This document shows, piece by piece, positions 9,997 through 22,682 of a stretch of 64,000 bases of DNA (position 1 is its first letter; every line of letters starts with the position of its first letter). Under the pieces are notes generated by a model. That model was not told the DNA's origin. It saw nothing but the letters and a program-made list of their open reading frames with translations, and did no database searches. The DNA comes from Octopus vulgaris. Its lineage: Eukaryota. The stretch covers positions 15,376,001 to 15,440,000 of the forward strand of contig OX597827.1 of NCBI GenBank assembly GCA_951406725.2, in the 5' to 3' direction. The position numbers were made by a program, and so were the translations under genes.

Positions 9997-12900
9997 CTTA
10001 ATGAGGAGGGAACCAGGCTGCTGGAGTTCTGTGATCAAATGATCTTATGGTTTGTAATACTAATTTCAGGAAACCTGCCAGTCTGGTAGACACACTAGTC
10101 AAATTGACTACATCCTCACCAGGGAACGGGAAAGATGGTTACTTATAAACACTGAAAATGTGCAGAGAACTGCTTCCATCACATTCCAGGGGGACAAACT
10201 ACAAGTAGTTGATAGCTTCCATTACCTAGGTGACCAAGTCAGTAGCTGGGGTGGATGCTCTAAAAGTGTAGCTGCTAGAGTAAAGGATAGCCTGAGCAAA
10301 GTTCAGAGAGCTCTTACCTCTGATGGTGACAAAGGGCCTCTCACTCAGAGTAAAAGGTGGACTGTATGACACATGTGTACGAACAGCCATGCTACATGGC
10401 AGTGAAACATGGGCTGTGACTGCTAAGGACATGCGCAAGCTTGCAAGGAATGAAGCCAGTATGCTCTGCTGGATGTGTAATGTCAGTGCGCATACACGAC
10501 AGAGTGTAAACACCCTGAGAGAAAAGTTGGACTTAAGAAGCATCAGATGTAGTGTGCAAGAGAGACGATTGTGCTGGTATGGTCATGTGTTGCGAATAGA
10601 TGAGGACAGCTGTGTGAAAAAGTGTCACACCCTAGCAGTTGAGGGAACCTGCAGAAGAGGTAGACCCAGGAAGACCTGGGATGAGGTCTTCCCAGGTGAA
10701 GAATACACACCACAACATAGATTAGTAGTTAGCAACTTTAGGATCAGGGCTAAATGGATGCCCAGAAGACAACCAGCATGGAGAAGGGTTTGGAAGCTTA
10801 AGGATCCTGTGAATGGACAGAGATTTAGAGATGTATTACTTGAAGCTTTTGACAAAATAGAGGGGGATATGGCATCACATGATGTGGAAGATAACAGGAG
10901 GTTTCTACGGGGCAACCGGTTGAGGGCCACTGACCAGATCTGTGGATGGCGCAAAGTCCCCTCTCAACCCAAGGTAACGTGGTGGTGGAACAATGTAGTT
11001 GACAGAGCCATTAGGTAAAAGAAACAGGCATGGAATGACTGGAAGAACGGTGGTAGCAGGGAATTGTATCAAACTGCCAGAAGGGAAGCTAGGAGACAGG
11101 TTTATTTAGCCAGAGGGGAAGCATATAAAAAAAATTTGCTGATGTTTTGCGTCATGAGGACCAAAGACTTGAGGTGTTTCATGTTGCAAGACAGTGTGTG
11201 AGAAAGAATAGTGATGTCATAGGAGAGAAATGTGTCCGCATGGATGATGGTTCACTTGCATTTAACAAGATTGCAAGGAGAGAGACTTGGCGATGCCACT
11301 ATGAAAGGTTGCTAAATGAAGAGAATAAATGGGAGAAAGAGAGTTTGCCGAATGTCAACCCAACAGAGGGACCAGATATCTGAATTGACAGTACCTTGGT
11401 AGATAGAGCAATTAAGGGTATGAAGATAGGGAAAGCCCTGGCCCATCAGGAATCACCACAGAGTTGCTTAAAATATCTGGCGGTATCGGCTATAGTCTAG
11501 TCACCCGTATAGTCAACCAGGTGGTACATGAAGGAGTCATACCTAATTACTGGTGTAGCAGCACCATAGTCAAATGCTACAAAAGTACAGGTGACACATT
11601 AGATACAAATAATTACAGAGGTATCAAGTTGTTGGATCAGGCAATGAGGGTCACGGAGAGGGTCATAGCCCATGTAATTAGGGAGAGAGTCAGTCTATAT
11701 GAGATGCAGTTTGGGTTTGTGCCAGGGAAAAGCACCACTGATGCTATATGTCTGGTAAGACAGCTGCAGGAGAAATACCTAGCCAAAGATAAACCTCTGT
11801 AACTGGCTTTTGTTGACATGGAGAAAGCCTTTGACAGGGTCCCCTGATCCCTTATTTGATGATCAATGAGGAAACTATGGATAGATGAATAGTTAGTGCG
11901 AGCTGTACAAGCTATGCACGTACAGGGTTGGCAACGAGTATAGTGAAGAATCCCGAGTAGGGCTAAGGGTCCACCAAGGATCATTCGTCAGCCCTCTCTT
12001 ATTCATCATAGTCCTCCAGGCAATAACAGAGGAATTCAAGACAGGATGCCCTTGGGAGCTTCTCTATGCTGATGACCTTGCTCTAATAACTGAGTCATTA
12101 TCTGAACTAGAGGAGAAGTTTCAGGTGTGAAAGCAAGGATTAGAATCGAAGGGCCTTAGTGTCAACCCAGCAAAAACCAAACTCTTAATAAGTAGGAAGG
12201 CAGACAAACCACAAATCCCTTCAGGTAGATGGCCCTGCTCAATCTGTAGAAAAGGCATAGGTAGAAACTCTATAAGGTGCACCTGGTGTAAGCTATGGAC
12301 ACATAAGAGGTGCAGCAATATCAAAGGAAGGCTAACTGGGAAGATAGTTTTTGTGTGTGGCAAATGCTCAGGAGCAATAAACACTGAAAATGTGCAGAGA
12401 ACAGCTTCCGGCACATTCCTGGGGGAAAAGTTATAAGTAGTTGATAGCTTCCATTACCTAGGTGACCAAGTCAATAGCTGGAGTGGATGCTCTGAAAGTG
12501 TAGCTGCTAGAGTAAGGATAGTCTGAACAAAGTTCAGAGGGCTCCTACCTCTGCTGGTGACAAAGGACCTCTCACTCAGAGTAAAAGGTGGACTGTATGA
12601 TGCATGTGTGTGAACAGCTATTCTACATGGCAGTGAAACATGGGCCATGACTGCTGAGGACATGTGTAAGCTTGCAAGGAATAAAGACAGTATGCTCTAC
12701 TGGATGTGTAATGTCAGTGTGCATACACAACAGAGTGAAAGTGCCTTGAGAGAAAAGTTGGACTTAAGAAGCATCAGATGTGGTGTGCAAGTGAGACAAC
12801 TGCACTGGTATGGTCATGTGTTGTGAATGGATGAAAAAGTGTCACACCCTAGCAGTTTAGGGAACTTGCAGAAGAGGTAGACCCAGGAAGACCTGGGATG

Positions 12901-13065
12901 AGGTGGTGAAGCATGACCTTCAAACATTGGGCTTCACCAAAGCAATGACTAGTGACCGAGATCTTTGGAGATATGCTGTGCTTGAGAAGACCCAGCAAGC
13001 CAAGTGAGACCATAACCATGGCCTATGCCAGTGCTGTATAACCAGCCCGTTTAAGAGTACCCTTT
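9997..13065 (+). mobile_element. Decayed, rearranged RTE-clade LINE (endonuclease end, RT, C-terminus)
   Basis: SQIDYIL, QHRLVV, NYRGIKLL, FVDMEKAFD, LLYADD (12060-12075), FHYLG and RGRPRKTW motifs, with many stops and frameshifts. Confidence 0.92.
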
Positions 13066-13150
13066 ATATATACATGTATGTATGCATGTATGTGTGTATA
13101 TGAAGTAGTGCCCCAACCTCTCATTGGTATGAGTGAAAGTAAAAGTTTAA

Positions 13151-13370
13151 CCCTTTTGTTACTGTATTTATTTTGAGATGCTCAGTGTTTCTTTCAATTA
13201 CTTTAAATATAACAAAGAATTTAGTAAAATAACTTAGTTATCATTTAGCTAGTGTTAGGAACATAGATTGTGACTAAGGTTTGGTGGAAGATTTTAATTC
13301 AAAACTTATGAAAACAAGACATTTGTACTCTGAGCTAGGGCCGGTTTCAGCCGGGTTGGTAACAAAAGGG
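13151..13370. mobile_element. piggyBac-like MITE
   Basis: TTAA|CCCTTTTGTTAC ... GTAACAAAAGGG|TTAA. Confidence 0.85.
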
Positions 13371-14283
13371 TTAAGTTATATTTAGTTTAAATGGTAATTT
13401 CAAACATATGAAAGCTGAAGTTAAAACTTTTATAGCAAAAAAAACCGAAAAAAATTGCATTAAATTTGGTATTTCTAAATGAAAAGAAGTTGCTAACTTC
13501 ATTAATAAGAATTTTCCTCATCAAGTCACACAAACCCAATTCAGAACTGTCTTTCACCTACAAAGCTCATCAAGTCAAAATCCTGAGGAAATTCATACTT
13601 CTATCCATTAAATTAATGTAATTTAATAGTAATTAAAACCTGATATTAATAAATAAATTTATAATGCTTTCTTGATATTATTTGCTACATTTGTATTTTA
13701 TCTTTGGGTAGAGGAAAGAGACATAGTTATCATATTCTACTTACATAACCAAGAAATATATATGGCAGCTATCAATTTATAAGTCACAATTACAATTTGC
13801 TGCTAAAGCTCGAATACATTTTAAAGTGGAGCAAAATGACTGAGATTTGTTTTCTAAGACTGAAATCTAATTAGGTTAACAAAGTTATTCGAAATAATTT
13901 GATTACAGCATATAAAATCAAATTTGAGACAAATGAAGTGTGTGAAAGAAACTCGTAGACACCACAAGTTTTCTTTAGCACTTTCACATGTAACAAAACA
14001 CGTTTGTTACAGAGAAATTTAATAATACTTTCAGTGTAAGGTTTGCAATTACTGCTATTAGAATTTGAAAAGAAGATTAGACGAAAATGAATGCATCATA
14101 AACTATGATAAAATTAGATGTTTGTAAAAGAGTTTTGTAGGAAAATGTAAACATAATTTAGTGTATACACAAATTACACTTTTACAGTGAAAGGCAATTT
14201 CTATTATGAAGCATCTGAACAATATAAAGTGTACACATTGGAAATATGGTTTGTTCCAGTACATATAGAGAATAGGTTACAAG

Positions 14284-16377
14284 TTAAATAGTTCTTTGAA
14301 CAGAATCTTGAGAGTTCAAAGCTAATTCCTTTGTTTTATTCTGTTTCTGTTCATGGGCAAGAGGCCCAGGCACATTGTGCCAAGATGAAGACGACATTGG
14401 TCCCATGGGGAAACCGCGAGGCCATAAATAGTTATTCTCCCAGTTAGGAGGAATCTCATGGAGATACGATGCTGCCATCCAAGAAGAAGACACTGAAGAT
14501 GGTGGTAGCCTCATGGAAGCAGTCATCTGTGATTCCAGTCGACGCCGTTCCTCCATCATAGCTGAAGGGTGGTGGTGATGGTGGTGATGATGATGGTGAT
14601 GACGATGAAGAGAACGGTCTTGGTTCGGGTTGTTATTACTATTGGAATCATTGTTGGTGGATACTTCATTACTACTGCTCACTGGTACAGAACTGTTATA
14701 TTTACTAGACATGGAGATTTGTTTGTGAGAAGAGAAAGAAGAATCTTTGTCAACATTGCAATTATACGGTTGTTTTCCAAGAACACTTTTCATACTATTT
14801 TGCTTTTCAGAAAGAGTTTTATTACAAGACATAGTTTCACATTCAGAATTATTGTTTGCAGAACCAGTGCTGGTGTGAGTGCGTATGTGATTATTTAAAT
14901 TACCTCTTTGGGAAAAAGCTTTTCCACACAGATTACAAGAATAAGGTTTTTCGCCCGTGTGTATTCGCATGTGTGTCTTCAAGTTACCTTGCTGACTGAA
15001 CGACTTGGAACAGATTGTACACTGAAAGGGTTTCTCCCCAGAGTGGACCCGTTCGTGATTGTTCAAGTGAATTTGTAAAGTGAAAGCTTTGGGGCAATAA
15101 GAACATTTGAATAACTCTCCGGTATGAATTCGTTTGTGATTGTCAAGATTTGTCTTTTGACTAAATGTTTTACCACATTCCATACAGGTAAAGGGTCGAA
15201 CCCCTGTGTGTATTCGCATGTGAATACTAAGGTTCCCAAGTTGACTGAAAGATTTTGGACAAAAATTACACTGGTAGGGCTTTTCTCCGGTATGAACTCT
15301 CTCGTGGTTCTTCAAAGCGGTTTGCTGGCTAAAAGACTTTGAACAGAAAGAGCAAGTGAAGGGCCTCTCCCCGGTATGAATACGCTCATGATTTCGAAGA
15401 TTAATCTGTTGATAGAAGGCTTTTGGACAAAATGAACATTTAAATAACTCACCAGTATGTATACGCCTATGACTATCTAAGTTAGTCCTTTGGCTAAAGG
15501 CTTTCCCACAATCGGAACATTTATAAGGTTTTTCTCCCGAATGGGTTCGTAAATGAATGCTGAGGTTACCGAGTTGCGAGAAAGATTTATCACAAACAGT
15601 ACAATGGTAAGGACGTTGGCCCGTGTGGATCCGTTCATGGTTTTTTAAAGCCGTTTGTTGACTGAAAGGACGACTACAAACTGAGCACTGATACGGTTTT
15701 TCCCCTGTGTGAATCCGTTCGTGATTACGTAAATTAATTTCCAATGTGAATTCTTTAGAACATGTGGTACAAGTAAAGAGGTCTCCCGTATGGATGCGTT
15801 TATGGCTGTCTAGATTAACTTTCTGAGTAAAAGTGCGATCACAGGAATCACAAGAGTAAGGGCGATTACCAGAGTGTGTCCTCATATGAGTATTCAAGTT
15901 ACCTTGCTGGCTGAAGGCTTTAGGGCAAACATTACAAAGGAAGGGCTTTTCCCCAGAATGAATTCTCTGATGATTACGTAGGTTAACTTGTTGACTAAAT
16001 GTTTTATCACAATCATTACAGTTGAAAGGTTTTTCACCGGTATGTACTCGTTCGTGGTTCTTCACAAAGATTTGCTGTGAGAAAGCTTTTTCACAGTAGC
16101 TGCAGTAATAATGCTTGTCCCCTGCTGCGGAACGCTCATGATTATCAAGATTAACTCTGCGTGCAAAACCTTTTCTACATATTTCACATTTGAAGGGCTT
16201 TTCTTGAGATGGGTGGGTTTTAAGGTTCTCAGGTTGAGATTTTGAATTTTTGTTTTCTAAACTTGGCAATGATTGCAGATTGGAATGCGAATGTTGGTCA
16301 TTTTGAAAAAACCCTTGATTTTGGACTTCAAAATTTAAGTGGTTTCCTACAGGATACATCGGTTGGATTGGATACAT
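14284..16377 (-). CDS. C2H2 zinc-finger protein ZNF-A, 697 aa, single coding exon; 16 tandem fingers (first lacks the second His) and a C-terminal low-complexity region with an 11-His tract
   Basis: Uninterrupted 2.1-kb ORF with CxxC-x12-HxxxH repeats and TGEKP-type linkers; in-frame stop upstream of the ATG. Confidence 0.95.
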   Translation of the reverse strand: MYPIQPMYPVGNHLNFEVQNQGFFQNDQHSHSNLQSLPSLENKNSKSQPENLKTHPSQEKPFKCEICRKGFARRVNLDNHERSAAGDKHYYCSYCEKAFSQQIFVKNHERVHTGEKPFNCNDCDKTFSQQVNLRNHQRIHSGEKPFLCNVCPKAFSQQGNLNTHMRTHSGNRPYSCDSCDRTFTQKVNLDSHKRIHTGDLFTCTTCSKEFTLEINLRNHERIHTGEKPYQCSVCSRPFSQQTALKNHERIHTGQRPYHCTVCDKSFSQLGNLSIHLRTHSGEKPYKCSDCGKAFSQRTNLDSHRRIHTGELFKCSFCPKAFYQQINLRNHERIHTGERPFTCSFCSKSFSQQTALKNHERVHTGEKPYQCNFCPKSFSQLGNLSIHMRIHTGVRPFTCMECGKTFSQKTNLDNHKRIHTGELFKCSYCPKAFTLQIHLNNHERVHSGEKPFQCTICSKSFSQQGNLKTHMRIHTGEKPYSCNLCGKAFSQRGNLNNHIRTHTSTGSANNNSECETMSCNKTLSEKQNSMKSVLGKQPYNCNVDKDSSFSSHKQISMSSKYNSSVPVSSSNEVSTNNDSNSNNNPNQDRSLHRHHHHHHHHHHHPSAMMEERRRLESQMTASMRLPPSSVSSSWMAASYLHEIPPNWENNYLWPRGFPMGPMSSSSWHNVPGPLAHEQKQNKTKELALNSQDSVQRTI

Positions 16378-16528
16378 AGTACTGTTCTTTGGTAGAAATA
16401 TGGCATCAGTGATTATCAGTTTTTCTTCTCTTTTACCATTAATGTGTTTCAGGTGATGTTAATATAAATCCAGTTAATATTACTCCAACTAATATTTACC
16501 ATCCAGTTAGAACTTGTTGCATCAGTAA

Positions 16529-16540
16529 GCTGAAAATATA
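16529..16540 (-). promoter_or_regulatory. Probable splice acceptor of the ZNF-A coding exon
   Basis: Minus strand TATATTTTCAG|CTTAC, about 150 nt upstream of the ATG. Confidence 0.55.
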
Positions 16541-16613
16541 TTAAGGTATAATTTCATATTAATAATTTGGATAGATTATGAAGATATATAAAAAGAAATA
16601 TTTTATATACATA

Positions 16614-16994
16614 CTAGCAGTATCGCCCAGCGTTGCTCGGGTTTGTAAGGGAAATAACTATAAAGCATTTTTAGAGAGTTATAGCCGAAAAATAGCAAAA
16701 AAATGCATTAAAAATGGAAAAAATATGATGGTAAATTTTTTTTTAAATCGTTGACTCATCATAGACATTTTTAGAGAGTTACTTCCGTTATATTAAAAAA
16801 AATATGCATTAAAATGGAAAAAAATGATGGTAAATTATTTTTAAAATCGTAGACTCATCGTAGACGCGCGCTAATACCCAGAAGGGCTCGATATGAATCA
16901 CAACTATAAGATAAACTGCACCGCAAAATGTGGGAGTAGTTAGGAATCTAAATCGGAGTAGACAGACACACAACCTTACTTTTATATATAAAGA
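16614..16994 (-). mobile_element. Non-autonomous Helitron, family H2
   Basis: A|TCTTTATATATAAAAG start, CCCGAGCAACGCTGGG hairpin, CTAG|T end, internal duplication. Confidence 0.8.
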
Positions 16995-17667
16995 TATTAC
17001 CTATGTATAGAGTCATAGTATAATTGGTAATAGTTACAATACTACTAAAAATTATTGAGACTTTTTAAAAAACAATCAATTAATTTTTAATAACTTTGAT
17101 CCATTGACATAAGCATTATAAAATAACTTCAACAGAAAATTAGGAGTCTTTTACATCTGCCAAACATCGAGCTTTGAGTGGTTGGTGATATCTTGGAAGA
17201 CCCAAACACTTGTACTCCCTCTATATTCTCTAACTACCAACATCTTAGATGCCCCCAACCCTTGAACTGCCAAATCAAGATACATTTTTTAATGGGTAAG
17301 AAACAGTCCCCACACTCCACAAGATGGATGAAATTGATAAAGTTGAACACATGTAAGTTAATATTTTGAGGGAAAGTATGGGCAAGAAGGAAGGAGTCAG
17401 AAAGAGTTTGACATTTTGAAGGGAGTGATGGGGTTGGGTGAAGTACTCGGAGTAGGGTCTGAAAGATGCAGTAAGAATGCAAAGAGGCATTCTGATCTTC
17501 CTTGAAAACATGTCTGACCATGGGGAAATATTACCTTGGTTGGAAGCAGTTGCAGGTTGGCAACAGGAAGGGTACCCAGCCATAGAAAATTTGCTTCAGC
17601 AACTTCCATCTGATCCATACAATTCATAGAAAAGGTAAATGTTAAAATGATGATGATGATCATGATA

Positions 17668-17712
<45 letters not shown>

Positions 17713-18115
17713 TATGCATTGGTGAATTGGAAGTTAAGTAGATAGCAAATATGGTGGCTTTCTCCATGGGAATGTGTTTCATCAAGGAGGTAACCTGCAT
17801 AAAACCTGCAGAAATCTGACCAGTTAACCAATTTGAATACTCTAGATTTTAGAGGTGAAATGTATTGCGCAATGTGTATATGTGTGGTGGCTAGCTGCCA
17901 TTAAGCAGTGGTCAGATGATTTGATAGGATTAATGATGACAATAGTTTGGTAAAAGCTGGTCTGGAAGTGACAAAGAGATCAGATGTGTTTGGATTGTAT
18001 GTTTATTAGACATTGATACTAAATATTACAAAAAGTATGCCAGACATTTTGGCTGCTAGTTATATGGTATTCCATTTTAAGTGTATTCATCGACTTCTTT
18101 CTCTCTCTCTCTCTT

Positions 18116-18154
<39 letters not shown>

Positions 18155-18620
18155 ATGTGTGTGTGCCACAAGAAAATTACAAGAAAATCATATTTTAATT
18201 ACTATTAACCTTTTGATACAGGACCACCTGAGGTCATTTTTCTTCTATTATAGAAAACTGTCAATTTCGAAGTATTCATGTTTAAATTAAATCTCACTGC
18301 TATGATTTTGTGAACCTTTCATTAAATTATGTCCCAGACAGTAGATTAATAATGAAAAAAAAAAGTTATTTTATTTTCAAAATTTATTGAAATGCAAATG
18401 TAGTATATTTTATTAGAAATGTGGTCACAAAAAATTTAATGCAGAATAATTTTCATAATTCTTATGTTAGCTTTTACTGATTTTTTACTGTTTGTTTTTA
18501 AGGAACAAGATATGGGGTTGTATGACATACTCCTTACAAGGGCATTAGCAGTGTGATTTGAAGTGCTTTGACTGGAGACTACAACTACATCATTGCTTGG
18601 TTTGAAGGAAGCTTACATTT

Positions 18621-19040
18621 CATCATCATTATCATCATCGTTGAATGTCCATTTTCCATGCTAGCATGGGTTAGACGGTTTTGACCGAGGGCTGGCAACC
18701 AGATGGCTGCACCAGGCTCCAGTCTTGATCTGGCAGAGTTTCTACAGCTGGATGCCCTTCCTAACGCCAACCACTCCGAGAATGTAGTGGGTGCTTTTTA
18801 CGTGCCATCTGCACGGGGGCCAGTCAGGCGGTACTGGCAATGACCTCGCTTGAATCTTTTTACACATGCCACCGACACAGGTGCTAGTGAAGCGACGTTG
18901 GTAATGATCACGCTCGAATGGTACCCTTTTACGTGCCATGGGTATGGAAGCCAGTTGGCTGCTCTGGCAACGATCATGCTAGGATGGTGTTCTTAGCCCC
19001 CTACTAGCAGAGGCATAAGTGCCAGTAAGGCGACGCTGGT
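18621..19040 (-). mobile_element. RTE 3'UTR fragment with (GAT)n tail
   Basis: Same as 45811-46155 and 36620-36955; an older + copy lies at about 17520-17710. Confidence 0.8.
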
Positions 19041-19267
19041 AAAATTAAATTCAAATTTAGAAGCAGTGAGTAGCAGAAAATTTTACAGTGAAGTATTTAA
19101 TCCCGTCTCTTTATGTTCCGAGTTCAAATATCACCAAGTTTGAATTTGCCTTTAATCCTTCTGAGCATTGATTAAATAGTAGCAATGAGATATTGAGATT
19201 GATTAAGTCAATCATGTGCTTTCCCTATAAAGTAATGGTGGTCTTCTGTCAACGTGAGAATTCAATA

Positions 19268-19641
19268 TCTCTATATATATAAACGGCAAAATGTCTGTCT
19301 GTGTGTGTGTATGTGTCCTTTATACAAATCCACAATTTTTCAGTTAGAGGGCTCGCACTTTCTATGGTCACTGAAAACCATCCAAGGGTGGTCGTGCACA
19401 TCTTTACATTTCCCCACTCACCCTGCAAAGCCATTAAAAAATCAATAGAAGTGACCTTTTTGTGAATTTTCTATACAAAACCCAATCAAAATGCCCGAAA
19501 CTTGATATGCCAATTGAATGCCAACTAGCTGTATGTGATTGGTTGGAGATTTGGACAGTACTCGCGTGTATGTGCGCATGCACGCAGCTGTATATGCATG
19601 CACTAGCACTATGACCTGGCATTGCCAGGTCATAGTGCTAG
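19268..19641 (+). mobile_element. Helitron H1 copy 2
   Basis: A|TC start; perfect terminal palindrome CTAGCACTATGACCTGGCA-T-TGCCAGGTCATAGTGCTAG|T. Confidence 0.85.
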
Positions 19642-20678
19642 TTAATTCTAATAAAAGGCAGGAGAGTGTCAGAAGTGGTAGAGCACTTTCAGTATTTAAA
19701 ATCCTTCCTCCACATTCTAAGTCCAGCTCTCATTAGTAACAATATAGCTTTTTATTCCTCCAAGGTTTATAACACAAGTACAGACATGAACTGGTTTTAA
19801 TTCAATCAACCACATCATTTCCAACACATGAAATTTTTGGAGGAAATCATAAATAATTTAAGTTATCAGCCTTTCATGTAAAATTGTGGATGATTCTACA
19901 TAAATCACTGTAGTTCCAGTAAAACTCCTTCATCACCAAATAAAAAAAGGATTACATAATCAGACAATATGCCTTGACTACCACATTGTATCCTGCCATC
20001 AACCATAACATGAAAAGAGTATGTGCTGTGGTCCTAGACCAAGCATGCACAACCTTTTACAAGAAGTGGGTCACAGGAGACATGGTATATCATCAGGCGG
20101 TGAGCTGGCAAAATCGTTAACACACCAGGCGAAATGTGTAGCAGTATTTCGTCTGCAAATTCCGCCGAGGTCGACTTTGCCTTTCATCCTTTCCTGCTGC
20201 TGCCTTTCCCTTGGATAACACTGGTGGTGTGGAGAGGGGAGGCCAGTATGCATTGTGACTGCTGGTCTTCCACAAAACCACCTTGCCCAGACTTGTGACT
20301 AGGAGGGTAACTTTCTAGGTGCAATCCAATCCCATGGTCAGTGTCGTGACCGAAGGCGGTCCCAATTCAATATGATAGGTATGCAGGTATTCCAAAAATA
20401 CCTCATGCAATGACAACTGTACCCTGTATGGTTAGGGGCTGTCCTGAGGCAAGGCATAGCACCTATTCAGTCACTCTGCCAGGGATATAGCAAAGTCATG
20501 GTGGATTCTGAAGAGGCTGTGGAAGATCTCAATTGAACCAACAGTGATTCTTATATTGATGCTGAGCAAAGGAATTCTACAAAATCAGCAATCAGGATCG
20601 CTAAGCTCTTTCAAGAGAGTAACTGCATTGCATCCATAAGGATGGTGTCCATGGTTGTGTATTCAGTTAACAAAAGAT

Positions 20679-20991
20679 TTGTTGTTTGTTGTTTGTTCCT
20701 TCTCGAGCCATTCCTGGCTCATAAGGGCCGGTTTCCCGGTTTCTTGGCGTACGGGTTCCCCACCTGGACGGGACACCAGTCCGTCGCAGGTGAGCTGCAA
20801 GATGCAGGAGAAAAGAGCGAGAGAAGGTTGTGGCAAAAGAGTCAGCAGAAGTTCACCATTACCTTCTGCCGGAGCCGCGTGGAGCTTAGGTGTTTCACTC
20901 ATAAACACACACATCGTCCGGTCTGAGATTCGAACCCGCGATCCTTCGACCACGATTCCGCTGCTCTAACCACTAGGCCATGTGCCTCCAC
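20679..20991 (-). mobile_element. SINE S3 (tail C, V-domain-like segment)
   Basis: TSD AACAAAAGATT; sister copy at 43669-43967. Confidence 0.8.
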
Positions 20992-21137
20992 AACAAAAGA
21001 TTCATTGTCTCATCAAACTTCCAATTCAAATTCATATGAGCACTAGAAATGGATGACAACAAAGAGTCACGGGAATCCACGCAAGCAGCGTAACTGGATG
21101 AACATTCAGCATCATATATCCAATGTGTCTGTATAGT

Positions 21138-21914
21138 CTTTTACTTGTTTCAGTCATTTGACTGCGGCCATGCTGGAGCACTGCCTTTAGTCGATCAAAT
21201 TGACCCCGGGACTTATTCTTTGTAAGCCCAGTACTTATTCTATCGGTCTCTTTTGCCAAACCGCTAAGTGACGGGGACGTAAACACACCAGCATCGGTTG
21301 TCAAGCAATGCTAGGGGGACAAACACAGACACACAAACCCCCACACATATGGGATGGAAGCACTCCGTCGGTTACGACGACGAGGGTTCCGGTTGATCCG
21401 ATCAACGGAACAGCCTGCTCGTGAAATTAACGTGTAAGTGGCTGAGTAATCCACAGACACGTGTACCCTTAACGCAGTTCTCGGGGATATTCAACATGAC
21501 ACAGAGAGTGACAAGGCCGGCCCTTTGAAATACAGGTACAACAGAAACAGGAAATAAGAGTGAAAGAAAGTTGTGGTGAAAGAGTACAGCAGGGATCACC
21601 ACCATCCCCTGCCGGAGCCTCGTGGAGCTTTTAGGTGTTTTCGCTCAATAAACACACACAACGCCCGGTCTGGGAATCGAAACCGCGAGTCCGCTGCCCT
21701 AACCACTGGGCCATTGCGCCTCCACCCCCACACATATATATATATATACATATATACAACAGGCTTCTTTCAGTTTCTGTCTACGAAATCCACTCACAAG
21801 GCATTGGTCGGCCCAGGGCTATAGCAGAAGATACTTGCCCAAGATGCCACGCAGTGAGACTGAACCCGGAACCATGTGGCTGGTTAGCAAGCTACTTACC
21901 ACACAGCCACTCCT
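21138..21914 (-). mobile_element. SINE S1 interrupted by SINE S3 (tail B, 21351-21725)
   Basis: Nested insertion with TSD CCCCACACATAT. Confidence 0.85.
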
Positions 21915-22274
21915 GTTTATTTATTAATTCATGACTCACACTATATTGGTACTCTAGTTCTCCATCAGTTTTGATAAGTGCTCAGTTGTTCAATCAACTG
22001 ACTGACCTGTTTGTTGAATTAGCGAGTAAGTGGTTGAGCACTCCACAGACACATGTCCCCCACAGTGTGTAACAAGGCTGGACCTTTGAAGGACAGACAC
22101 AATTCATCTGATGAGTTGAGGCTATGGTAAATGAGACTTCCGCAAGATAACTACACAGTGGGACCAAACCCAGAACTTTGGGGTTATGAAATGAACTTCT
22201 TTATCATTCAACCATGTTTACATTTAGCAATCATTGTCAGGCCAGTTTTTGCTTCTATTTTAATACTCTTTAAT

Positions 22275-22469
22275 ACTCTTTTACTTGTTCCAGTTATTTG
22301 ACTGTGGCCATGCTGGAGCACCGCCTTTAATCGAGCAACTCGACCCCGGGACTTATTCTTTTGTAAGCCCAGTACTTATTCTATCGGTCTCTTTTGCCGA
22401 ACCGCTAAGTGACGGGGACGTAAACACACCAGCATCGGTTGTCAAGCAATACTAGGGGGACAAACACAG

Positions 22470-22519
<50 letters not shown>

Positions 22520-22682
22520 GAAGGGCTTCTTTCAGTTTCCGTCTACCAAATCCACTCACAAGGCTTTGGTCGGCCTGAGGCTATAGTAGAAGACACTTGC
22601 CCAAGGTGCCACGCAGTGGGACTGAACCCGGAACCATGTGGTTGGTAAACAGGCTACTTACCACACAGCCACTCCTGCGCCT
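22275..22682 (-). mobile_element. SINE S1, full length
   Basis: Family consensus match from head to tail. Confidence 0.85.

Noticed and set aside
14569-15342. Antisense ORFs within ZNF-A (and 39763..40086 within ZNF-B)
   Set aside because: Shadow ORFs with no independent support.
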